Origin: a virus
Virus record (IMG/VR): IMGVR_UViG_3300027833_000028
Span: 24,599 to 88,598 of that record
Strand: one strand, 5' to 3'
DNA length: 64,000 bases
A model generated the notes under the pieces. The model was not told the DNA's origin. It made no database searches and worked only from the letters and a program-made list of their open reading frames with translations. Below, piece by piece: positions 30,093 through 42,000 of the stretch; positions within the stretch are counted from its first letter, which is position 1, and every line of letters begins with the position of its first letter. The position numbers and the translations under genes were made by a program.

Positions 30093-33000
30093 ATGGAAAA
30101 CGAATCAAAAACACCATTACAAGAACTCAACCAAGCATCTTTAAGACCTGCCCCAAGTGTAATACCTGACGGGCAGTTCCGCTTTGAGCCTATTGAAGAG
30201 TTGTTTGAAACCCCAGAGGAAAAGTTTAATGATTATGCTATGAGTGGTAATTTAGCTGCTGATGATATATCTGGAGTTAATTTAGTGAAGTCTGATATAG
30301 ATAAATATGGTATTGGAGCTATGGCTAGTTTGGGTATAGCTGATCCTGGTACTGCTACTGATACATATAATCCAATAAAACAAAATAGACCTGATAGTAA
30401 TGAGAATACCTTTTCAATGACGAAGAGGTTACTAACTTTAGATGACACACCTGTGTCAGAGAAAAAGGTTGCCCCTGCATTTTCAGGCATGAGGCAAACT
30501 CAATTTATGAGGTATTACGAACATCCTGAATTTAATAACTTAGGATATTCTCCATATGCAAATATGGAAAACTACTATAATGAAAACTCAACTATTTATG
30601 ATGACATGGCTAGGATGAGAGGAAACTGGTGGTCATTAGTTGGTACTGGTCTTGATTCTGTATATGGATCTATGTTTAGTGGAGGAGATTTTTTAGAACC
30701 TGATCTTGAATCTGCTACTGCATTTGAAGACAAGATGGGAATCATGAGTTCTACAAGAGGTGGTTTTGGAGGCTTTGTAAATAACCTAGCAGCTAACTCT
30801 GCTTACACGGGAGGTATACTTATTTCTATAGCAGCTGAAGAATTGATATTAGCTGGAGTAACTGCTTTGTCTGGAGGTACAGCAGCACCAGTTACTATTG
30901 CTAAGACAGGTGCAAATGTTGTTAAAGGTGCTAAAGCAATTTTTAGCTTTACTAAAATGTTTGAAAAAACAAGAAAGATATTATCAAAAGCTAAAGAGAT
31001 TGAAACTGCTAGAGATTTTTGGGTTGCCGCTAATGGTGGTAGAAAGATGGTTGCTGGTGCATTAAAAAAAGGATTTACCCCAAACACTTATAAAGCATTT
31101 AAAGAAATAAAGACTGCAAAAAATGCAGGTCAAAATATGTCTAATCTTGCCAAAATGAATTTAAAGTTTGGTGGATTTTATAGAGATATGAGAGCTGTTA
31201 ATTTAGCTGCGTCAGAGGCTAAGCTTGAAGCAGGTATGGCATACAACCAAGTCTTGAAGAATGGTATGAATAATTATTCTGCTGCTAATGGAGGCAAGAG
31301 TGTTGATGAATATGAAATGTCAAGAATTAGTAATGCGGCTAATAAAGCAGCATTTAAAACTATGATTGCTAATGCTCCTTTAATATATGCAAGCAACTGG
31401 CTTGTTCTTGGTAATGCATTAGGTGGATTTCAAAGAGGTGTTCAAAATACATTAGGTTCTGCTTTTGGAAAAGGCATTACTAAAAATGTAATTAATACAG
31501 CAGGTAAAAAAGTTGTTGATGCTGCGGGTAAAGTAATTAAAAATCCTTTTAAATATTTAGGAGGAAAAGAAGCAGGGTTCTTAGGACTCAAAAGATTAGG
31601 TGCAAAAATTAAAGCTGCTGGTGGTTGGAAAAGTGTGGCTGGTAGTGGTAGTATAGTTATGTTAGATTACTTTGCTGCAAATGTTGCAGAAGGTATACAA
31701 GAAGTTTCTCAAGAAGCAATTTCTGCAGCAACTGTTGGATACTATACAGAAATACTACAGAACCCAGCACAAGGTGGAGTTGCTTTGCAAAATCAAATGA
31801 TACTATCAGCAATGGGAGATCAGTTTTCTTCTGAAGGTGCTGGTGTATTTATGTCTGGTTTTTTAATGGGTGGTCTTGTACAACCTGTTCAATCAGTTTT
31901 TATGCAAGGTGTACCTTCTGTATTTAAGTATGGATTACAGGAAGCAGGTATAGGTCTAGCCACAAAGAAACAAAAGGAAACCTACGCTGAGTTTAGAAAA
32001 ACAAAGGACGAGATGATAGAGAGAATTGTTGACTCCTATAATAAATCTTGGAATAGTCAGGCTATAGATCCTTCTGAACTTTTTGATGTAAATAGATTAA
32101 ACTTCATGGTTCAGAAAGAGATGGCTGAAAAAATGAAAGATAGTACTTACAGACAAGATTTCTTTGGATTTAAAGATGCAGCAGATAATGCTAAGTTTCA
32201 GCAGTTCTATACTATGTTTGAAACTAATGGTACACAAAACTTTAGAAATCAACTACAAGGATTTTTAGAAATGTCTGATACTGAAATGATTGAGGCCTTT
32301 CCTGGAGTATCTAAGAAAGATCAAAAAGATGGTAAGTTAAGACAACGTATAAATGACACTATTATCCAGATGGATAAAATGGAAGAGAATTATAATAAAC
32401 TTAAAGATAAATTTATTAATCCATTTGATGAAACAAAATATAACCGCAAGACACAAGAGAAAGAATACATTAATGAGTTAGTAAATAGAGCAGGGTATGA
32501 TCATGCACGTTATTTATATATGTTTACTAATCAAGGATTCATGTCTGCTGTAGAAAGAGCAGATGGAATATACAGTAAACTTCAAGCAGAACCATTATTT
32601 CAAAAAATGGCTGCTAGTGATATTACTACTTTGCTTGACCCAGCATCAATAGAAAGAGAGATAATTATTCTTGAACAAGAAATTGAAGCCTTTGAAGGAA
32701 CCCCAGAAGGAGCAGCAACAGCAGCATCACCTAAAAAGGAAAAAATAAATAGACTTAAAGCTATTCAAAAGATTGTTAATGATCCTAAAAATAGATTTAA
32801 GAACGGAACATTTAAAAGAAACAAGGCACTTAAAGACAGTTTAAGGTCAGAGTTTAAAAACTATGTAAGATTCCTAGCAAAGAATGAAGGTTCTTTTATT
32901 AATGAAGATAATATTGATTCTGCATTAACTGATATTGTAGACTACTATGCTTTAAACAATAGAGCTAAGGTGTATGATAAGGCAATTGAGTTCATGAATA

Positions 33001-36000
33001 ACCCTGAGAAATTTGCTGAAATGGTAGCTAGATCTCAAGCTCTATCTAAAAATAGATTAGATGGCAGAATTAAAGAAACAAAAGCTGCATTAGAAAAATA
33101 CACAGATATTATTTTAGCAAATCAATTAGTAAATGATTTAACTAAAGATCCAATTGGAGCTTATGCTGATGAAGGGCAAATGGCATTGTTTTTACAAACA
33201 GGAGATTCACGCTTTTTAATAAACTTCTATGATGAAAATGGAGAGATAATTGAAGGTGTTCATGATGTTAAGTATAAAATGATACAAAGACTTATTGAGG
33301 TATATAACTCTACTAGGTCTGATCAAACAACTGAAAAGGATTTAACAGAAGATCAAAAAGAAGATGCTAAAGTTAATGATGTAGAAAATCAAAAGTCTGA
33401 TATTGAAATGATGCTTGAGAATGCAGGTATTGAATTATCTGTTGATACAATAACTATAAGCCCATATCTAGATGAGGTCTTAAGAAACGCATATAGAAAG
33501 TATAAAGCAAGAATGGCTGCCTCTGGTAAGCCCAGCTTATCTGCACAAGAATGGAAAAGTACTGCTGAGGCATTAGATTTAAAAAATGTTTTTAATGCTA
33601 TTAAACAAGTATGGGCAGCTGGTGCAATGACACAAAACCCTGCTGGAGAAACTTTATTTACAAGTCCTATAGAGCAATCACTTGTTGACTCTGATACAGG
33701 ATTTAAAGAATTTTTATCTACACCTAAACAGCAATTGTTAGCAGAGAACCCATTAATTACTTCAATATTAAATCAAACAACTATTACACTAGATGATATA
33801 TTTGAGCAACCAAACGTTGCTGATAATACAGAAGTAGCTGGAGGAGTAGATCCTGTTGGTGAAGGTGTAGTTGCTGATCTATATAAACGAGAAGTAAAAA
33901 CATCCGGAGAAGAAACAATTATAATCTATGAGTTACTTGATAAAAAAGGAAATAAATTATCTCCTGAAATATTAGATTTTGTAGATGAACAATTTGATTC
34001 ATTAAGAGGAACATTTAATGAGTCTCAGGCTACTGAAGCATATGAAGCTTTAAAAGCTATTGATTCACAAGCACCAGATTCAACACCGTTTGAGTTTGAT
34101 GGTGTTGACGGTTTGTTTTATGGAATGACTATTTACAAAGGAAGTGAAAAGTATATTATAATTCAAAAGCCTAACAAATCAAAAACATTTGGTAAGAATC
34201 AAAAGCTTAGAGTAATTAAAGCATCTAATAATGTAGGACCAATATCTGAAAGAAAATTTGAGTACATAAAACAAGGTGAGTTTTCAAATGTATTTACTCA
34301 AGAAGAAATAACAATGGATGTATTGGATGACACTGTTAGTAAATTAGATGTCAACTCATTACTTAGTCCTTATGCACATGCAAATAGAGCAGATACAAAA
34401 GGTATGTCTGAAGATGCAATAGCATCAATGATGACATCACAAAATGCTGAAGGTAAGGAAAGATTAAAAATTATATTAAAGGAATTAACTACTGAGGAAA
34501 GAGAACAGTTAGAATTTGTTGTATATGCAAATCCTAGCCCAACAACTGTAAATGATTATGTTATACGTAATATGTCAGGTGTTGAATATAAATCAGCTAA
34601 TCCTCTTATAAAAAGATATTCTAGTGAATATGTTATTGGTATTAGAATAAACAATACAGTAACTCAAGAAAGAATAAATGCAAAATTAATTGAACAGAAG
34701 GTTGATCCAAGTGATTCACCAGATGGAATTTTTGCATATATGAATAATGCTTCATTCTTAATTAAAGATCAATTGACAGGAGCTGATGTAGATCCTAGAA
34801 CAATGAACTTAAGACAAGCTCAAAATGTAATGTATAGTGCGTTTGGAAAAACCATTACTACAGAAGAGCAGTTAAAAGAAATACAAAAAGCATTTATTCT
34901 AAATTCTATAATTACTACAACATTTAACAATCTTGGTGTAGATGGAGAGAAGCAATTCTTTGGTATTAATGATCTACCTTTTAATATTGATTTAAATCAG
35001 AAAGGTGGTAGAACAGTATATAGCAATGGTAATCCTGTGTTTATAGAAGCTCTTGACTATCAATATGCTGATGAAAATAATAACTACTTTGTGTTTGATT
35101 TAAAGTATGACAAAGGAGTTGGTGGAAGAATATATAACTATAGTTCAACTGCAGAGGATAGTGTTGCTTTAGAAAAACAAATTCTCCTTCAATTAGAAAA
35201 GCAAGGTATTAATAAAGATACTATGCTAGCTGGTAAAGACAGATATTTAGCTGCAGTAAAGTTACCCAATGGGCAGTATAGATTGGTTAATCTTAAAGCT
35301 GTATCATATACAAAAATAGAACGTGATGCACTTTTTGTTGAAATAATTGACAAGTCCAAAGAGATTCAAAAGATTAAAGATGCTGCCAAAAGACAAGCTG
35401 CAGCATTTAAATATAATGAGGAACTGCAAGAAAAACTTTTCCTAAGTAGTGCACGAGGGAATCAAATTGAATTAAACATTGGTGAAGACGGTAGCATATA
35501 CTTATCACTTGACAGAACTGTTGGAGAAGAAAATGAAAAGATTGCTAATGAAGGAATTGATACCGATGTAGTTAATTCAGATACAGATGCTGTTAAGATT
35601 ATAGAAGGTTTATTTACTAAGTATAATAGTAATGAGGCAGTAAATGATTATGATGCAAAAATAAGAGATAAGAATATAAGAAAGTCTTTTCCAACTGGAG
35701 CTCCTACTCAAGATATTATTGATAAGAGTACAACTGAGGTTGCTATACAGGTTGCAACGGACAATTCATTAGTGCTTTCTGCTGAGGCAGATGCAATAAA
35801 TGCACAGAGAGCTGTTGCATTTGCTAGCATTAAACCTAAAAATGAAGACAGAAGAGTTGAAGATGAGGCAGCTTTACCTGAGATAGCAGAAGAAGCTGAG
35901 GATAGTACTGCAGACATGTCAGATGATGAGATACAAAAAAGGGTTGATAATGACTTTAATAGTAATCCATTAGGCATTGAGCATATAATCAATAAGGAAC

Positions 36001-39000
36001 TTAGAGGTGAAGAACTTAATGATGCAGAAAAGAAAATGATGAATAACCCTGTTATTGCTAACGGGGTAAACATACGTGTTAGTTTAGCAGGTGGTAGAGG
36101 AAGTCTAGTACCTGAAGGAAAAACAAAAGAAACCTCATTAGATAAAGAAAAAGCAAAACTAAAAGCACTTAGAGATAAATTAATAGAAGGTAAAAAAGGT
36201 GTAGATAAAATTGATGCTTTAGATAAAAGTCCTGAGTATCAAAAACAATTAGCATTAGTAAAGAAGCTTTCTAAAACAGCAAACAAATTAGTTGAAGCAA
36301 CTACAGAAACAGAAAGAATAGAAGACTATAATGAATTTCTTGACTGGGCTAATGAATCATTACCATCTATAATTGGTATTGAAGATATTTTAACATTGGC
36401 TGATAACGGTATTAGCAAAGGCTACAAAAGAGTTGGTGCATTTGTATTAGATATCCATCAAGTAGCTGGGGGTGTCAGTGTAAACGGAACTGTTTATGTT
36501 GGGGCAAACAATCCATTTAAATATCATGAGGCTTTTCATGGTGTGTTTAGAATGTTACTTACACAAGAACAAATAGATAGATACAGAAAGTTTGCTAAGA
36601 TAGAACTAAAAGCAAAATATGGCTCTCAATATAAAACAGAGCTAGAAAAATTTAGAACTTCTGCTAAGCAATATGAAGACATGTCTGATCTTGAATTAGA
36701 AAATGAATTTGCAGAAGAATACATGGCAGATGAATTTGAAGCATTTAAAAAAGATCCTAGAAGTTCAAAAACCAATACAGAAATAAAATCATTTTTTACT
36801 AAGATAATAGAATGGATTAAAGGTGTGCTAGGTAAATACACATCTAATGAACTTCTAACATTATATGAAAATATTGATGCTGGTAAGTTTAAGAGTGCAA
36901 CATTACAACAAAATGAATTTACTTCTTTAGCAGGAATAACTGTTGCTAATGCTTTAGTAAGACATGATGTAGTATCTAAAGATGAAGATGTATCAGGTTT
37001 CTTATATTTAGATTCTGATGTAGTAGATCCTTTAATTAGATCTATGGCAGGTATGTTTATAACTAAGGTTAATAAAATAGAAGAAGCAACTTATAATCCT
37101 AATGATGTTTATAATGACTTGTCTAGAGACTTTAGAGTCTTATTAGATCCAGATGACCCAAGCAATAAAATCTTAGGGCCTGGTAAAGTTAAACAACTTC
37201 AAGAATTAGAAGATGCATTTACTAATTACCCAGAAGATATTAAGAAAGAAGTTTTTGGTTTAATTAATATTATATCAGATCAAGATTCACAAAATGAATT
37301 AAATTCAGAAATTGAAGAGGACGGAACAGGAGTAAGAAAAGCAGATGAATTTGATAAAGATGCATCTGAGATAGGTGGATTTAATTCATTGGCTCAGAAG
37401 GTGAGAGCATATATTGCTACAACAACAATGGTAGGTGTTGACTTTTTTGGTAAGACTGAATTAAAAGATGGTGTGCCTTTGATTGTACCTGTCAAATTTA
37501 ATGAAGCATATAACGGATTATTAAAAGCTGTTTCAAACATAAGTGATCCTATAGTAATGCTAAGAAGGATGTATACATATTCAAGGTTAAATCCTAATAT
37601 GTCTTCTGTAGTTGATAAGCTATTTAATGATGCAAACTTAGACCTTGATACCTTGGCTTCTGATACACCATTTATAAATGTATCTAATCCAAACCTATTA
37701 CAATCAATGCTTAAAGGTTTTGAAAACTATAAGGTAGATTATTTATTCAATGAAAGAGATGGTGCAGGAAACATACTAATATACACCGCATCTGAAAGAG
37801 ATGATATAAATGCTCAACTAGACGAATGGTCTCAAGCATATATATTTAAAAGAAAACAAATGAACCTTGATGCTTCAGGTAGCAGGATAGAGGATTTACT
37901 TGGTCTGGTTAAGAACATGGAGAATATACTTGGATCAAAAACCAAGAACAAATCAAACGAAGCAACTCAAAAACTTGCAGTAGAGCATTCAGAAAAATTA
38001 TTTGAATTAACTGGGATAAGATTAAGTCCAATGTTTCTTAACTACAGTTACGTTAAAACATTTGACTACAGTAAACTAGATGCTGAGCAAAAGATATTAT
38101 ATAACTCATATTCTATAGAGCCAATATCAGAACAGTTCTTAGTTACTTTGTATGATCTTATGTATAAGGATTCTAATATATTTTCTAAGAAGTCTGATGG
38201 TATGGCTTCTAGACTTACCTATATCAGTTTAAGTAACGCTGCGCTTGATGAGTCTATTGGAGCATCTTCTTTTATTAATCCTAATGGAGATTTGGTTTAT
38301 GGACATCAACTACCAACTTATCATTTAAAAGCGGTAGCACAATTAAACAACTCAAATATATTAGATAAATTTTCTGCTGATAAATATTTAGATAGAAATT
38401 ATTTATTAAATAATGTAGCATTTCTAAATTTATCTGATCAAGGTAGAATTAAAGTAACTAGAATAGCAGGTAGTAAAATAAAATCTGTTGTTTCTACTGA
38501 TCTAAACAATGATGCTCAAGAAGATATATTAAATACATCTTTGAATGATAGTAGATCTACACAAAGCTTTGGTGAGTTTACTCCTCAAGAGTTTGCTGTA
38601 TCTTTAATTAATAATTACGTTGCTAACTTTAACAGAAGAAGTGGTAAGAATGATATGGTAGATGGTGTTGGACAAATACCTACAGCAACAGCACCTGTAT
38701 TCTTACGAGTTATGGAAGCTGCTAATACAGGAGACTTAGTTAGTCTGCCTATAATTAAAGCGGTAACAATGAAAGGTGATAATGTTGAATTAACACCTCA
38801 ACTTGTAAATGCATTTATAAATAGAATAGCATCAGAGTTTGAAAGAATAAACAGAGAAGCTATAGCCTTTGAAGAATTTGGAGATAATATTGCAGGTTAT
38901 AATGATTCTATGCAAGGCAGAGCATTTAGTTTTGTAAACACAGGTTTGTTATTAGATCCTCTTACTCAGCAAACATTAGCTAATGTAGCTATCACAGCAG

Positions 39001-42000
39001 GTAAGGCTAAACAAGAAATGACATTTGAACAAGGAGTTAAGTTAGCATTGGGTATATCTACTTCAGGTATAAGAGCCGAAGTGGAAAATGGATTAAATGA
39101 AGCATTTGCAGGATTTGATGCAATGCTTAATAAACTTCAAGTAAAGAATAATTTATCTACTCAAGTTAGACAAGGATTAACAATAGGTGAAGGGGTGGCT
39201 AGAACTATGGTTGATATAGCCGGTTCTCAGTTAAACTTAAATACTAATGAATCACATAACTTACAACAGATATTTTTTAATAACTGGATTAACGCAGCAT
39301 CAATTAATGATCTTTTATTAGGAGATCAAGCAGTCTCTTTACAAAGTATGATTGATAAAGTTAAAAGAGCTAAGCTAAATAATTCTGCATATTACAGTGC
39401 ATCTAGTTTACTTGTTGCACCTGAACTTGGAATTACTCATGCTAGTACAAACTTTGACATGTATGCTTTTGATGAGATTCAAGAGGTATCTTCTTTAACA
39501 GGAAATAATATTGATAGTGCAGATGCGCAAGCATACATAACAACTAAAGGTTCAAGGTATGCAACCTTTGCTTTTGGTAGACTGAGTCCATCTATGGCTG
39601 GCATGTATGATACATTAGATAGAGGAGAAGCTCCAACGAGTGATGATGTTTTTGGTACTAGTGAAAACCCAATTGGTTTTGCTAAAAAACAAGATTTAAT
39701 AAACTCTAAGAAATATGTTTATATGGATGGTAAGACTGCCATCAAAATGTCTGTTACTGTTTTAACTAAAGAGTACACGTCTAATTATAATGCTGCATTG
39801 GGCAAGTGGGAAGCTAAACCTACAATGAAACAACTTCATTATTTGCGTGAGCAGATGGAGGCCAATGAAGATGCAAATAATAATTTTGCTATGGCGGCTC
39901 CATTATCTGCTGTAAAGATGATGAAGAGTAACATAAACAAATTGAATGATGACTTTAGTGGTTTTGACACAAGTCAAAATTTAACATCTACTAATTTAAG
40001 AACTGAGTATTTAGGTTTACAAGTTGTTCAACCATCTAATAAGATGGAGATAACTGACATGACTCAGATTAAAGATATAATTACATCTGAACAAGATGAC
40101 CTTGTTGAAATTCCTGGAATGGGTTTAAATGAAAAGGGTCAGGTAATGAGAGTTGGAGATGTCAGAAGATTATATAATGAAGCTATATCAAAAAGGGTTA
40201 CATTAAAATATAAAAACAAAAGAAATTTAATATTTACTTTTGACACTGCATTAGATGAATTTAAATTATCTAAAAAGAAAGGTGCTATAACTCCAAATCT
40301 TGCAGCATTTTTAAATTATGCACAGGGTTCTCTAAAAGCATCTGGCTCAGCATCAAACTTGTTAGAGTTTTTTGCAACTGAAGGTGGAGAGCAAAAGTAT
40401 AATCTTAACAATCCTTTTACAGCTAAAAAATATGAGCAATTGTTTCTTTCATATTTTAGTAAAGGAACACTAAGAGAGAAAATCCCTGGTACTTCTTTAG
40501 CTTTAGTATCATCATTTGGTACTAGATACTATAGAATGGTATATGAAGTTAAGAACGGTATACCTGTAAGATCAGAAATAATAAGACAGACACAATGGAA
40601 AGGTGGAGATGCAGTTGAAACTATGCCTGGTGATGGAGTATATCCAAATGGACAAGTTGTTATAGATGTATTGAGAACAGGTCTTATGGATTACACAGAT
40701 CCTACTGATCCATCTACATCAACAGGTGAAAGGTATAGTGAGGTTGTTATGCCAGCTATGGATAAAAACGTAATGGATTTAATAGCCAACACTGATGCTA
40801 AAATACCTGATGCTATATCTAAAATGTTTGGTGTACGTATACCAACACAAGATAAACACTCAGCGGTAAATATGAAAGTTGTTGATTTCATGCCTGCATA
40901 CTATGGTTCATCTGCTATATTCCCTAAAGAATTAGTTGAGGTATCAGGAGCAGATTTTGATATAGATAAAGTGTATGCTAAAATTAAAGAGTACTATTTA
41001 GATAGCAAAAATAACTTTGTTGCTTATGGTAAAGGAGATCCATATACTGAATATGTATTGAATATAAATAAACTAACTGCCAAAGAAGGTACTACGTATA
41101 ATTCTGCAGCTAAATTATTTAATAATGATGAGATAGCAATTAGATTGGAGAATTCATTAACACCTTCAGAAATGAACAGACTGACTGATCCAGATGGTGC
41201 TAACCGATTTACTGAAGATTCTTTAAGAGCAGCATTAGTTCTGGGTCTTCCATCAACTAAAGCTAAGTTTGATAAGTATGTTAAGAAACATGGTACACCA
41301 AATGAAGCTATATTAAACAATGATATTTTAGATTACAATTATGCTCTTGCAGGTAACACAGGAATGACTGGAACTGAATTGAGCATGCAAGAAAACAAAA
41401 GTGATTTGCCTATTGCATACCAAGCAGCAGACATAGAAGTATTAAAAACTGCGTTTGATGAGCTTGTTAATAATGAGAATATACAACTGTTTAAAGACAG
41501 ACAAGATTCACCTATAGATATAGATACATTGACGGGTATGATACAATCATTTGAGGCAAACAAGGGCTCTGCAATTGGAGCAGTTGTTTTACCAAATGCA
41601 TATTTGAATTTACTTACTGAATACAAAATTGAATTATTTAAAGAAGTTAGAATAGGAAATAATAAATATCCTGGGTTTGGAGGTAAGTTAATAAACGGTG
41701 AGAGAAAGCAAGATATAATATCTTCTTTAGTTACAATGGAAACAGATAATGCTAAAGAAAGATTTATTGCCAAGTTGGGATTAAACAGACATGCTGTAGG
41801 TATGGCTGCTAATATGACATCATTAGGAATACCTTTAAAAACAACTCTTCTTTTATTGAACTCTGCAGAAGTAAGAGATCTATATAATCTTTCTATGAAC
41901 AAAAAGGATAAGATGGATCCGGGGTTAGATGATTTATTAGAAAGAAGAATTGGTTCATTAGATGCTAATATAAAAGCTGAGGCAGATAGAACAGGCAAGA